DNA of 63,506 nt, filler included, from Octopus bimaculoides (GCF_001194135.2; 5 parts of 4 records of this genome joined end to end with filler, not necessarily neighbours in it); one strand, 5' to 3'. Numbered from the whole stretch's first letter, positions 12,012 to 25,533 are shown. Notes: generated from the sequence alone by a model not told the origin. Translations and numbers: made by a program.

Positions 12012-12413
12012 NNNNNNNNNNNNNNNNNNNNNNNNNNNNNNNNNNNNNNNNNNNNNNNNNNNNNNNNNNNNNNNNNNNNNNNNNNNNNNNNNNNNNNNNN
12101 NNNNNNNNNNNNNNNNNNNNNNNNNNNNNNNNNNNNNNNNNNNNNNNNNNNNNNNNNNNNNNNNNNNNNNNNNNNNNNNNNNNNNNNNNNNNNNNNNNNN
12201 NNNNNNNNNNNNNNNNNNNNNNNNNNNNNNNNNNNNNNNNNNNNNNNNNNNNNNNNNNNNNNNNNNNNNNNNNNNNNNNNNNNNNNNNNNNNNNNNNNNN
12301 NNNNNNNNNNNNNNNNNNNNNNNNNNNNNNNNNNNNNNNNNNNNNNNNNNNNNNNNNNNNNNNNNNNNNNNNNNNNNNNNNNNNNNNNNNNNNNNNNNNN
12401 NNNNNNNNNNNNN

Positions 12414-12467
<54 letters not shown>

Positions 12468-12480
12468 CGTGTGCGTGTGT

Positions 12481-12514
<34 letters not shown>

Positions 12515-12517
<3 letters not shown>

Positions 12518-12700
12518 TTTCTGTTTGTGTTTATCTCCCACCACCGCTAACGGTTCGTCTAAAAGAGACCGATAGAATAAGTACTAAACTTTAAAAAAGA
12601 ATACGCGGGACCGATTTGTTCGACTAAAAATTCTTCAAGGCAGCGTCCCAGCATGGCCGCAGACTAATGATTGAAACAAGTAAAAGATAAAAGATACATG
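12515..12700 (+). mobile_element. SINE family C 3' half
   Basis: 'aaagagaccgatagaataagtact...cagcatggccgcag...tgaaacaagtaaaaga', shared with 37740-37972. Confidence 0.8.
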
Positions 12701-13082
12701 CAAGTTAGTTTCTTTTGAATTTACTCCAGATGTAATAACGTGTTATTTATTGAGTATATTTATTTTTTATGCTTATGCATCAATCCTCTATGAAGATAGG
12801 TTAGAAATGATCAGTTGTTCAGAAAAATACGTTCTGAAACAAAAACAAAACAAAAGCAAACAAAAACACAAAAACAAAAATAAAAACAAAATAGAAATGG
12901 TATCATACATGTCTTCTTGTTGTTTAACTCCAAGTTCAACCCTAATGGAGCAGACCTATAACAGAAGGCGTTCTATCCCTGACCTCTACACCTGTTCTGT
13001 AATATATCTAGTACTACAGTATCCAGTACATCTATTCCTTATTTTTTACAGGAGAATGGTATTTGAGGAAGGCTGTCTACTC

Positions 13083-13335
13083 CAGTGTTTCTCAACCATT
13101 TTTTTTATCTATGAACCCCTTTGATTCCTATTTCACTCAGGGGTGGGACTTTCTTAACCATTCGATATCTAAAAACTCCTAATATTTTTATGATTAAATA
13201 TTATTAGGAGTTGTATAAAAAAGTGCTTAGATATTTTGTGTTTTGTAGATACATAACTAGTTTATTGCAAAACTTTAACAACAAAATCTTATATGGACCG
13301 CTAAGGGTCATATGGAGCCAGTTTGGGAAACAATG
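13083..13335. mobile_element. hAT-type MITE
   Basis: TIRs CAGTGTTTCTCAAC / GTTTGGGAAACAATG; 8-bp TSD GTCTACTC (13075-13082) and GTCTACAC (13336-13343). Confidence 0.85.
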
Positions 13336-13391
13336 GTCTACACAGATAAACATTTAATATAAAGGGTAAGATATTCATTCCCTTTAGAATA

Positions 13392-13464
<73 letters not shown>

Positions 13465-13469
<5 letters not shown>

Positions 13470-13714
13470 ATAATCCTTTGTATCTCTGCCTGTTCCCAAT
13501 GCATTCTAAAACGGCTAGACCAAATCAAATTAAATTTTACATGGTAATACTATGAGATCCCAGGAGTGTTAACATGTAATTTTTTTTTATTAATTTACAT
13601 TGCATACAAAAATAGAGACATACTATATGCAGTACGTTATTAAACACTCACACACGTCTACACATACATACCTAACGACTGACATGCGTGAAGTGCGGGC
13701 TGGCCAGTGTCAGT
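13465..13714 (+). mobile_element. Short non-autonomous Helitron
   Basis: 5' TCTATATAA...aaaacggctagaccaaatcaaattaaattt and 3' GCGTGAAGTGCGGGCTGGCC hairpin-type end; shares a segment with 13910-13950. Confidence 0.6.
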
Positions 13715-14027
13715 ACGAAATTTTATTTTCATTTCCTTTAAAACAATACACATTTACTGTTCCATTACCAGCCTAATTATCGCAGCAGTTGCAAGGTTGC
13801 CAGGTAAAATATAAAATTCTTTGTCTCTCTATAATAATTATTGTGGCATTTACCGTTAAATTAGCAGTTCCATACATGTGCTATTTCGTTAATTTGCTTA
13901 TATTTCGTTAATTTACACAGCATACAAAAGTACAGACATACTATATACATACAAATGCTTACAAAAATAAAGATTAATGTATATTTTTTCTATCTTCATA
14001 ATTTTTTGTTTACGATATTGAGAAAAT

Positions 14028-15430
14028 ATGGCACCAAAGAAAATACGTAATTTCTCCAGAAACACGTATAAAGCGAGAACGATTGCAGGAAGCCAAAGGC
14101 GAGAGTCTCAACAGAGAAGGGAGACGAGACTTTCTCAAGATCATCAGCAGAGGCGTACTGCAGCACGTCAAATGGAGTCTCAAGAGAGAAGGGAGATTAG
14201 ACTCGCTCAAGATCAGCTAAGGCATGCTGCAATACTTAATGCTGAATCATTAGAGCAACATTTAACACGCCAGATTAGACAGAGGTCCAATACATTAGCA
14301 CTCAGAAGTAGACCACATACAAATTCGTTCTTTACAATACAAGGAGCTACTCTCAGATATGATCCATCCCATTCTTAGAAGAATGATAATTCTGTACAAA
14401 TTGGTGTGCTACACTCAAATTGTCGTTTCTACAAAGCTTTCAAATTTCCAAATGAAAATAATGGCATGTGCTGCTCAGGCGGTAAGGTAAGATTGCCAGC
14501 ACTACCAGCTCCTCCTCAACCTCTTATAGATCTTCTGGGAGGCACTTCCATCCAGTCAAAGGATTTTCTGGACAATATCAGACAATATAACTCTGCATTT
14601 CAAATGGCATAGTTTAGTGCATCTAAAGAGATAATTGAATGTTGATTTATACCGACATTCAAAGTTCAAGGGTAAGTCTATTACCTCATTGGTTCCCTGT
14701 TACCCACAAATGAACATCCGAAACTCCTCCAAATTTACTTTATGAGTGACGCAGGGCAACAAACCCAAAGGAGGTGTCAGAACTTCAGAAATTTGGATAT
14801 AAACATTGTTCATCAATTGCAAAATATGTTACATGGAAACAATGCCCTGGTTCAAGAGTACGACAGAATTGTCAGTTGGAAATTGATAACAGGTGGATTG
14901 TTCCATATAGTCCAATGTTGTGTAAAATTTTCAACGCGCACATCAATGTGGAATTTTGCAATTATGTCAAATCAATCAAGTATGTTTGTAAGTATATGAA
15001 TAAGGGATCTGATGTGGCAATGATTGGGCTGAAACATATAGATAAAAATGATGTGCTAATATGTTACCAGATGGCTCGATATATTAGCGACAATGAGGCA
15101 GCATAGAGACTTTCCAATTTTCCAGTTCATGAAAGGTATTCAACAATCATTCATCTTGCCGTACATTTAGAAAATAGGCAGCGTGTAATCTTTAATCCTG
15201 AAAATCCCCAGCAAACATTGTAAGTACTCCTAAATAGTTACTCTGAGCATACCTAAGTATGCAGCTGGTCCATGTGAACTAAAGATGGCTGGACTGATAT
15301 AAACATAGATTTAGCAGAGAAAAACTTATCATACCAGCAGATAGTTAAGCATGGGTAAATATCTCGTAACCAAGAGAATACCACAATATTGACGTAAATT
15401 GTAGTCTCTCCTGGGCCTACTATAGATACA
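14028..15430 (+). pseudogene. Helitron RepHel pseudogene: N-terminal repeats, Zn-finger and Rep motif 3 present; Rep motifs 1-2 deleted; no helicase visible
   Basis: Peptides RETRLSQDHQQRR, CRFYKAFKFPNENNGMCCSGGKVRLP...NIRQYNSAFQM, DNRWIVPYSP...HINVEFC...SIKYVCKYMNKG, RYISDNEA and LAVHLENRQRV are characteristic of Helitron Rep; stops and frameshifts throughout. Confidence 0.92.
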
Positions 15431-16006
15431 TCAAATCTCACCGAGAAGGATATGATTTTGGTATCCAAGAACAAGAGATAGCTTGATCAACAAAAAATGT
15501 TAAAAAATGCTCCTAAACTTCCATGTTGTGGTGAAATACCAGTGTGAAAGATATGACCCATGTCATTTGAAGCTGTACAAAAATGTTTGTAATATACTAC
15601 CATCCGATGAGACATGTCATTGTTACTAATACAGTCTACAATGATATACACTGGATGGATTATCTTGACTGCCATACTAAAGGCACATCAAAACCAGAAA
15701 GTATTCACACCTTTAAAAATAAAGAGTATACTGGCAGAAGATTCCAATAGCAACAACACCCCGATATTAGTACAACACGCCACGTATTGGTGTATGGAAA
15801 AATGAGCAACAGTCTTGCATCGTTGTAGAAATCAGCTGCACAGCGGATGCAACTGTCTTAAAATTATTGGGTAAGGAATATCTATGGAGGGCTAATGAGA
15901 AACCTATAGGACTTATATCCAAGCTATAGATAATTTTTTTTATCAAATGTATATATAATATATATATATAAGACATGTGCATGTATGTATGTATACATAT
16001 ACGTGC

Positions 16007-16039
<33 letters not shown>

Positions 16040-17193
16040 TGTATGTATGTATGTATGAATGTATGTATGTATGTATGTATGTATGCATGTATGTATTATA
16101 TATATATATATATATATANNNNNNNNNNNNNNNNNNNNNNNNNNNNNNNNNNNNNNNNNNNNNNNNNNNNNNNNNNNNNNNNNNNNNNNNNNNNNNNNNN
16201 NNNNNNNNNNNNNNNNNNNNNNNNNNNNNNNNNNNNNNNNNNNNNNNNNNNNNNNNNNNNNNNNNNNNNNNNNNNNNNNNNNNNNNNNNNNNNNNNNNNN
16301 NNNNNNNNNNNNNNNNNNNNNNNNNNNNNNNNNNNNNNNNNNNNNNNNNNNNNNNNNNNNNNNNNNNNNNNNNNNNNNNNNNNNNNNNNNNNNNNNNNNN
16401 NNNNNNNNNNNNNNNNNNNNNNNNNNNNNNNNNNNNNNNNNNNNNNNNNNNNNNNNNNNNNNNNNNNNNNNNNNNNNNNNNNNNNNNNNNNNNNNNNNNN
16501 NNNNNNNNNNNNNNNNNNNNNNNNNNNNNNNNNNNNNNNNNNNNNNNNNNNNNNNNNNNNNNNNNNNNNNNNNNNNNNNNNNNNNNNNNNNNNNNNNNNN
16601 NNNNNNNNNNNNNNNNNNNNNNNNNNNNNNNNNNNNNNNNNNNNNNNNNNNNNNNNNNNNNNNNNNNNNNNNNNNNNNNNNNNNNNNNNNNNNNNNNNNN
16701 NNNNNNNNNNNNNNNNNNNNNNNNNNNNNNNNNNNNNNNNNNNNNNNNNNNNNNNNNNNNNNNNNNNNNNNNNNNNNNNNNNNNNNNNNNNNNNNNNNNN
16801 NNNNNNNNNNNNNNNNNNNNNNNNNNNNNNNNNNNNNNNNNNNNNNNNNNNNNNNNNNNNNNNNNNNNNNNNNNNNNNNNNNNNNNNNNNNNNNNNNNNN
16901 NNNNNNNNNNNNNNNNNNNNNNNNNNNNNNNNNNNNNNNNNNNNNNNNNNNNNNNNNNNNNNNNNNNNNNNNNNNNNNNNNNNNNNNNNNNNNNNNNNNN
17001 NNNNNNNNNNNNNNNNNNNNNNNNNNNNNNNNNNNNNNNNNNNNNNNNNNNNNNNNNNNNNNNNNNNNNNNNNNNNNNNNNNNNNNNNNNNNNNNNTATA
17101 TATATATGCAAAGGCATACATGAAGAAACATTTGATTGAAGAGTTTTCCCAGGTGATCAACCATATGTGAGCGTTAGCAACTAAATAGAAAGG

Positions 17194-17246
<53 letters not shown>

Positions 17247-17305
17247 AAGAGTGCTCAAGGGAGGAAAAGAGAATAAACTGCGATTTCGAACTTGTGTCAC
17301 TAACT

Positions 17306-17357
17306 ATGACGACATCGTTTTATGTTATGACGTAACAGTTTGACGTTGTGACGTCAC
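17306..17357. promoter_or_regulatory. Cluster of CRE/ATF-like sites
   Basis: Four TGACG cores in 52 bp, including a perfect TGACGTCA at 17349-17356. Confidence 0.35.
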
Positions 17358-17529
17358 AGCAGCACCGCTTATAGATGCAAACAAGCTGTTAACTCAGAAA
17401 GATAAAGAGGTCAAATGGAGAAAGACGTGTGATATTTAACCTTGCCACCGAAAATGTCAGGTGATGACTTGCAATCGATACAGTAGGGTATTTTGATATC
17501 GAATGTCATAGGCTAGGGGGCCAGGAACC

Positions 17530-17892
17530 TTATTTACTCAACGCTGTACACCAAATTCATTTTTAAGTTAAAAGAAAAACTATGGCCGTTACTAGTAATC
17601 GAGAATAACTTGGTAGCATGTACCATGCTTTCACTAATTGCTTTAGGTGCCTGTGTAGTCACGAGTAGACATAGACACTCTGTCAGCTCTTTCCAGCGTA
17701 ACATCCAAAGTGTGACAGCTGGAGGTAGAGAGGAGTGCACAAGCACTCGACAAGTACCCATTTCTTCGAGGAACTGAAGGAACATGAATGAAGTGTTTTG
17801 CTTAAAGACACATCGTATCAGCCGCTCTTGGAATCGAACTAACGGCCTAACGAGTCTAAGCCCAATTCCGTAACCATTTAGTCACTGCCCCT
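17530..17892 (-). mobile_element. Old tRNA-derived SINE related to family B
   Basis: Minus strand: tRNA-like head with 'ttagttcgattcc', then 'tgtgtctttaagcaaaacactt'. Confidence 0.55.
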
Positions 17893-18089
17893 TCTCGTTT
17901 TAAAGTCATTCATAAATATATAAGTTTGGACTTAATTCTTCTCCGGTTTTAATATCAGCGCATGAACCTTGGAGGCTTTGATGGAATTATATTTGTATTA
18001 ATTTCTGTACCAGCTTGTTGGTAGAGTCGATGTCTCTCACTTTCAACGTATCTCATGTATCCTCCATTTTCTCGCAACATCTTATTCAT

Positions 18090-18830
18090 ATTTTGGAATA
18101 AAAAGAAGTAGTCCTCAACAAAGTCCTCAAACCTCTATGTTTACGCTACAAAGTCTAACTCCATCTAAAGAAGGGTTGGAGTAAAGGGAAGGTTAACAAT
18201 CATTGTTGTAGGATATGTAGCATAGGTAAATCTAAAGACACAGTTTTCGGTAACACAAAATTGATATATGATAAACGATTTACTTTCTTGATTAGTTTTC
18301 CGCTGTTTTCGCGGATCCCCATGACTCTCTGTCACCATCTAATTCTATTATTATGAATGTGAATTGGGAGATTGATACATAGTGAATCTTTCATTAGCTG
18401 ATTACACAACCTTGGATGCCACTGCTATGGATGCGCTGCAGTTACTCTCTTGATAGAGCTTGGTGATCCTGACCGTTGATGTTCAAGGATTCCTCCGCTC
18501 AGAATCAATGTAAAAAGTACCGTTGGCTCAGTTGATCTCTTTCGTTACCTCTTCACAATCTGTCATGCTGCAGTCCCATGACTTCGCCATATCCCTAACA
18601 GGGTGGCTGAACGGGTGCTATGCTTTGCCAAAGGGCAGCCCGTAACTATGCAGATTACGGTCATTACTCCGTGAGGTATTTTCAGAATACCCTCATACTC
18701 AGACCTCCTTGATAATCAACAACAACCATTTGTACTACACTTGATTAGCGCCATTGAACCAAAGCGAGAAGAGAAATTGGTTGCTGTGATGTTTCACACT
18801 CACTTTTACAATTTGCACTGGGAGTTCATT
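18090..18830 (+). pseudogene. Possible decayed Merlin/IS1595-like (ISXO2) transposase
   Basis: Peptides CRICSIGKSKDTVFGNTKL, WEID and IPNRVAERVL...SYSDL loosely follow Merlin motif order; many stops. Confidence 0.25.
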
Positions 18831-19789
18831 TTCCAGAAACCGCCCCCAAATAAAACAAAATAAAAACAATAATAAAGACCAGCTAATTGCTAGCGCTCAA
18901 ACTTTGTTAGCTGTTAGCGTGTTACGTTAAAAAATTTTAAATTTTGATTGGGCATGCTTTGAGAAAATCAAATGTGCCATAAACCATGATTTTGAATCAT
19001 AAAAATAAAGCTACAGAGCCTTATCGTATTTTTCTTCCGCTCCTTTCGGCGCTTAAGAACAGTGCTCATCTCTTTATATTATGTCTTTATATATTAAGCT
19101 CTCCAAGAAAGAGGAAGAAAAGGAAGAAGTTATTTTCATACTGGGCCAAATGTTTGCTACAGAGTGAATTCCGTTAAAGATACTCCAAAACCAGGTACTG
19201 GTATTAAAACCAGTGATTAAGTCCGCAGCCAAGAACTCAGAACGTACAAAGCCGGAACAAACGCTAGGAAGGATCTCACCTATACTCAAGCAATCCCACC
19301 ACTTCTCTCTTCCACATTATTCCTTTATTTTATTGACCCTAACAGGATGAAAAGCAAAGGCGACTTCTGTGGGATTTGAACTTAGAATACGGTGATCTGA
19401 AATAAACACCGCATTGCTCAACTGGTAGAAAACTGTGAACAGCTTACAACATTCCACATATCTCACATTTAGCTTTGGTCTTCACTAATCTCAGGAATAC
19501 TATCTGAAAAACTACGACTACAGCTTCACTATCCAGGAAGCTGTGCCTATGCTGTACCCTCAGCCTTAATGCTTGTCTGCACCTCATCTGCTAAAACATA
19601 TCGAATCAAAAGAGTAGAGGGTGCTGAGGGGAACTTAATATACTGTAGTTGATGATGCAGAGACAAGAGACGGAGATTCTTACCAGTGGAACGCGTCTTT
19701 TCTCCAAGAAGCGGAAAATCAGATGCTCCAGTTTGGCCACATGAAAACTGGGGCAACACAAGACGATCAATCAATATCAATTAATGGGG

Positions 19790-20150
19790 GCGATTCGCCT
19801 CTCCTTCTCAATTTCTCAAGGTCATGTTCCTTTAAGCCTATCTTCAAATAAGACTTGATTACTCTTCTCGTAACCTCCTTCCCACTTGAAAATCGGAATC
19901 CGAGCATCTTAACAGTACCTTCAGTCTCTTAAGATACGAGACTATGCTCTCAAGGGGCCCAGTTGCAAGTTCATCGAGTTGTTCGGGATGATGAGCATTC
20001 CTGTCTCTCTTTCCCGTCTTCCATCTGTTTGGTGACGACTATTTTGATTTCTGTGGTGTCCAACGCCGTTCCGGTGACCTCGCCGTGTATGTCGACACAG
20101 CTTTACCCTGTCCAAGTTGAAACAGGATATTCCTCAATATCTCTACCTTC
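19790..20150 (+). pseudogene. Decayed LINE apurinic endonuclease fragment (CR1/L2-like)
   Basis: RRSGDLAVYVDTALP resembles the G(G/L)AVYV motif of LINE APE domains. Confidence 0.35.
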
Positions 20151-20789
20151 TGAAGCAATGGTGCAAGAGCAAAAGCATAAAAAACAAACAAACGATGAGA
20201 GAGAACACTTTTGATGGTGGTAGTGGTGGGGAGCGTGTTGAAACAATTCCATTAAGTGGTCATTACATTTGACCTGCAAACAAATGTGTGCGCTGAAGCG
20301 ATCTAACCATAGAAGACGAGATCGAAAGTAAACCTGTTCTCCTCCTCTTCATCATTTGACGTGGATTCAAAGACGTTGGAGTGGTGGGGATGAGAGAAAA
20401 GCTTGGTTCGTGTATTTGGATGTTATTTAAGTTGATGTATTTTTTAAAGGAGAGGGAGATATTTCCTTACCTTCCAAGTTGTCGAAACTTCTCTCCTGTT
20501 TATCGACACGTGTGTGGTACTAGCAGTTATCGTTGTTACTGTTGTTGCCGTTGTTATTGTTGTCGTTATTACTGTTGTTTTTATTGATGCTGCTGTTATT
20601 TTTGTATTTATGGTATTGGGAAATGTAGGTTCACGTCGCCTCAGCTTCTGTTGTGGACAGAACACCACAACAGGTGGTTGGTGCTACCACATATGTGGAA
20701 ACTTAACTTTTTGCACGCCTCCATCAAATGTGGCTGGGTGCAGTTTGGGTCTATTTACCCAGGGATCTTGTCTAGGTTTTTCGGTTGTG

Positions 20790-21119
20790 CTTAGATTAGG
20801 ACAGCAATTTGTTAAGGGGGGAGGATACTCGAGTCATTGACCCCAGTACTTGACGGGTACTATATCTCATCGACCCCGGAAAGATGAAACGCAAAGTTGA
20901 CCTTCGGCGGTATTTGTACGCAATAATTGTTTCAAATTTTGGCGCAATGACTGCAATTTTAGGGGAGGGGAGTAGTCGATTACATCACTCCCGGTACTTG
21001 ACTGGTACTTTATTTTATCGACCCCGAAAGGATGAAAGATAAAGTTGTCTCTTGGCATGATTCGAAACTAGAACGTAATATGCCGCCATTCAATTACCGA
21101 TTGTCACTTTGTTCGGCGC

Positions 21120-21120
<1 letters not shown>
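20790..21120 (-). mobile_element. Two tandem SINE family D fragments
   Basis: 'gtact..tt.tatcgacccc(g)gaaaggatgaaa' occurs twice (about 20860 and 21010). Confidence 0.75.
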
Positions 21121-21167
<47 letters not shown>

Positions 21168-21569
21168 CGATAACATCACAGCAACATCTTAAAATGTTGA
21201 TGATGATGATGATGATAACGACGATGAGTGTGGTGATGATAGTGATGATGGTGGTGATGATGATGATGGTGATGATGATGATGGTGATGATGTTAAAACA
21301 ACTCTTTGTAATTATGAGGAAAAAACCCTCGGAAAACAAACCAAAAACGAAACAAAACCAATACGACAATAATTCAATTGAATTGTAATTGAAGGATAAA
21401 ATATGAAATAAGACAAAAATACGACAAACACAAATAAAATAATAAAAGAAGAGAAAAATCTGTAATACCACTTTTAGTGTCTGTAATCGGTAAGTTCCGT
21501 TTTCAGTAACTGTTAAATAGATTAAAAAAGATGAAATGGTTCAAAACCATTTCGTTCCACCCACTAAAA

Positions 21570-21606
<37 letters not shown>

Positions 21607-21784
21607 TAAAATATCTGTGTAAAATTTCAAATCAAGCAATAATTTAAAATATTAAGAAGAAAAAAACAAAACAAAAATCAAAACAAAACAAACAACAAAC
21701 ATTAAAAGTAGAGCAAAAACAAAAATAAAAAAGAACAACTAAAACAACGAAGTCAATGTGGTGTAGTGGAGATTTTCGCTTTTT

Positions 21785-21853
<69 letters not shown>

Positions 21854-22046
21854 NNNNNNNNNNNNNNNNNNNNNNNNNNNNNNNNNNNNNNNNNNNNNNN
21901 NNNNNCGTTAACGTAGTCCTCCTCCTCACTAATTATTATATACATCACCACCACCACCACCACCACCACCACCACCAAAATCACCACTACCTCCATTGTC
22001 GTCGTCGTCATCATGATCATTATCAATTACTATTGTTGTTATAGTT

Positions 22047-22109
<63 letters not shown>

Positions 22110-22260
22110 AGAGAAATCATCATCATCATCATCATCATTACCATTCTCATCAGTATTCGTTTTGATTTTTATTATCATTAACATTAATAATTATTATATT
22201 TGTTATTATCATTGTTGTTGTTTTCTCTTGTTGTTGTTGCTGTTTTAATTCGAGGAGTGG
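21120..22260. repeat. Compound trinucleotide microsatellite field (AAT, GAT, ATT, CAC, GTT, CAT)
   Basis: Directly visible. Confidence 0.95.
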
Positions 22261-24170
22261 GTGGGTAGGGAATTGTGAAAAAATAGAAAAACAAAAACAA
22301 ACAAAAAAAAGAAAAGAAAACAAACAGAAAATCAACAAGAAAACTCTGTTTTTCTGGTGACAATGCAAAAATCGTAAGTGCATAGCTTGTGCACGGAAAT
22401 GAATGTTTGGAACTTGCTCTGGCAATATGGAAACGGTTGAAATGGCTGGGTGATTCCACATGGAAATGGCATTAACGTAACACTTGAACAATTCAATAAT
22501 ATAGAATGATATGAGAGAGAGAGAGAGAGATAGAGAGAAAGAGAGAGAAAGAGAGGGGGAGAAGGAGAGAGAAAGGGGAAAGAGAAGGAGAGAGAAGGAG
22601 AGAGATGGAGAGAGAGAGAGAGGGTAAGGAATAACAAAAGAAATGAAAGTTAATGAGAACTGAGAACCAAAGAGAACGCGAGAGAGCGAGAGAGTGAGAG
22701 AATGAGATAGGTAGACAGTGAGGTAGAGATAGATAGATGGACAAATAGAGAGAGTGAGAGAGAAAGAAAGAAAAAGTGAGTGAGTAGAAAAGGTAGAAGA
22801 GAAAGGGGAAAAAAAGACAGTGTGACAGAGAGAGGGAGAGAGAAAGAGAGGGAGGGAAAGAGAGAGAGATTGATAGATAGAGAGATAAGCAGATAGATAG
22901 ATAGNNNNNNNNNNNNNNNNNNNNNNNNNNNNNNNNNNNNNNNNNNNNNNNNNNNNNNNNNNNNNNNNNNNNNNNNNNNNNNNNNNNNNNNNNNNNNNNN
23001 NNNNNNNNNNNNNNNNNNNNNNNNNNNNNNNNNNNNNNNNNNNNNNNNNNNNNNNNNNNNNNNNNNNNNNNNNNNNNNNNNNNNNNNNNNNNNNNNNNNN
23101 NNNNNNNNNNNNNNNNNNNNNNNNNNNNNNNNNNNNNNNNNNNNNNNNNNNNNNNNNNNNNNNNNNNNNNNNNNNNNNNNNNNNNNNNNNNNNNNNNNNN
23201 NNNNNNNNNNNNNNNNNNNNNNNNNNNNNNNNNNNNNNNNNNNNNNNNNNNNNNNNNNNNNNNNNNNNNNNNNNNNNNNNNNNNNNNNNNNNNNNTATAC
23301 ACATACAAAAAGAGAGGCAGAGAGATAGAGATAGAAAGCGAGTGTGATAAAGAAAAACGGTAATAGAAAGCGTGAGAGCTTGGCATCGAAACAGTTGGTG
23401 TGAAATCATGTATAACTAATATCAAAAGAGTGAATGTTTTCAATACCATTTTGTGTGTTTATTTTTTTCAACATTTTATTCTTCGCCGACTCGACACATC
23501 AATAAAACGGCACCTATTTTTCTGTAGATTTCCTTTGACACCTTCATTTCCATTTCTTTCTTTCATTAGAACTTTAATAGCTTCCCATTTTAGTTTCAGG
23601 CTAGCAGTCATTAGTAGAAAGAATTACGAAAAGAAAGGGTATTCAATATCATATTCCGGAGCGTGTCTGTTATGTATTTAAACCTGTGTGTAATCCTCCA
23701 CCCGCCACCATTCCAACCTCCTTTCTCTTTCTCTCTCCTCGCCTTTCACTCTCTATGAAGACTTATTAAAACCTAGAAACAATTATTCAGGTTTTATAAC
23801 ACCATTACGATTAATAATGTTCAACAAATGCATCGTTTATTGACAAACTTTCTATTATTTATCTGTGAATTTAGAATCAAAGAGGCAGACGACATAGGTG
23901 AACGCGCGTAAAATTATGGCGGATAGACTGACAAAATTGCAGTATGTGCGTGCGAGCGTGTGTGTGTGTGTATATGTGTGTATGTGTGTGAGTGTGTGTG
24001 TACGTATGTGTTGATGGTGGTGGTAGAGACCACAACAATAGTAATTAATAAATAATGATTTACATAGACCTTATATAGGCACACAAGGTTTCAGGTTTAT
24101 TGAGAGAAGGAAATATATGAGTTGTGCAACGTTTATGCCTTTTTGAAGAACACAAGAGGCGTTAAGTGAA

Positions 24171-24309
24171 GTGGATTATTTAGAACCGATGTGCATTATT
24201 GTTCAGTTCTACTGTTCGGCATCCAACTGAAAAAAATGGACACATTACGACAGACAAAACAAGGACAAAATAAGTTAGGGTCAAGGACAAACACAGTGTG
24301 TGTGTGTGT

Positions 24310-24353
<44 letters not shown>

Positions 24354-24480
24354 AAATTGCGGATTATTTATAATCGGTGGGCATTATTGTTCAGTTCTAC
24401 TGTTCTCCATTTGACTGAAAAAATGCACACATTCCGACAGATAGAATAAGGATTTCAAAGTTAGTGTAAAAAGACAAACA

Positions 24481-24510
<30 letters not shown>
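24171..24510 (+). repeat. Diverged tandem duplication, period about 188 bp
   Basis: 'ggattattta...gcattattgttcagttctactgttc...actgaaaaaa...acatt.cgacaga...gacaaacaca(GT)n' at 24171 and 24359. Confidence 0.9.
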
Positions 24511-24515
<5 letters not shown>

Positions 24516-24786
24516 TTGTTGAGTATATCGAAACCAATACTTGACAAGATTTTAATTTTACTAAATTTCTGAAGAGTGAAAGACTAAGTTGACTTCATTG
24601 GGAGGTAAAGAATGGTAATTAAAGGCTACCTTGTAGCTAAATTGTGATTCTACCTCCTAGCGTCTTAATACCTGTAACAAGACAAGACAACGGGCTATGC
24701 ACATGACACTGCCCTACATTATACTCCACACAACCCCACAACACACTATATGACACAGCTTTACACTATGCTACATTATACAACAC

Positions 24787-25172
24787 GGGGGTGCAATGGC
24801 CCAGTGGTTAGGGCAGCGGACTCGCGGTCATAGGATCGCGGTTTCGATTCCCAGACCGGGCGTTGTGAGTGTTTATTGAGTGAAAAGACCTAAAGTTCCA
24901 CGAGGCTCCGGCAGGGGATGATGGTGAACCCTGCTGTACTCTTTCACCACAACTTTCTGTCACTCTTACTTCCTGTTTCTGTTGTGCCTGTAATTCAAAG
25001 GGTCAGCCTTGTCACACTGTGTCACGCTGAATATCCCCGAGAACTACGTTAAGGGTACACGTGTCTGTGGAGTGCTAAGCTACTTGCGCGTTAATTTCAC
25101 GAGCAGGCTGTTCCGTTGATCGGATCAACTGGAACCCTCGACGTCGTAAGCGACGGAGTGCCAACAACAACA
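24787..25172 (+). mobile_element. tRNA-derived SINE family A, full length
   Basis: A box TGGCCCAGTGG, B box GTTTCGATTCC, CAA tail; TSD ACATTATACAACA (24773-24785 / 25173-25185). Confidence 0.9.
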
Positions 25173-25213
25173 ACATTATACAACAGTATAATATATACAC
25201 TACAAAACATTAA

Positions 25214-25533
25214 ACTGGCGCTCCATCGGTTACGACGACGAGGGTTCCCGTTGACCCTATCAATAGAACAGCCTGCTCATGAAATTAACATGCATGTGAC
25301 TGAGTACTCCTCAGACACGAGTATCCTTAACGTAGTTCTCAGGGAGATTCAGCATGATACAGAATGTGACAAGGTTGGCCCTTTTGAATTACAGGCACAA
25401 CTCATTTTTGCTAGCTGAATGGATTGAAGCAACGTGAAATAAAGCGTCTTGCTCAAGGACACAACGTGCCGCCGAGAATCGAACTCACGACCATACGATC
25501 ATGAGCTGAATACCCCTAACCATTAAGCCACTA
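25214..25533 (-). mobile_element. tRNA-derived SINE family B (different head, same 3' tail as family A)
   Basis: Minus-strand head gtggcttaatggttagggg...gagttcgattc, then gtgtccttgagcaag, then the family-A-like tail. Confidence 0.88.

Noticed and set aside
24787-24865. tRNA gene at SINE heads (also 34800, 36493, 51440)
   Set aside because: A and B boxes are present, but there is no paired acceptor stem and the sequence continues into the SINE body in all copies.
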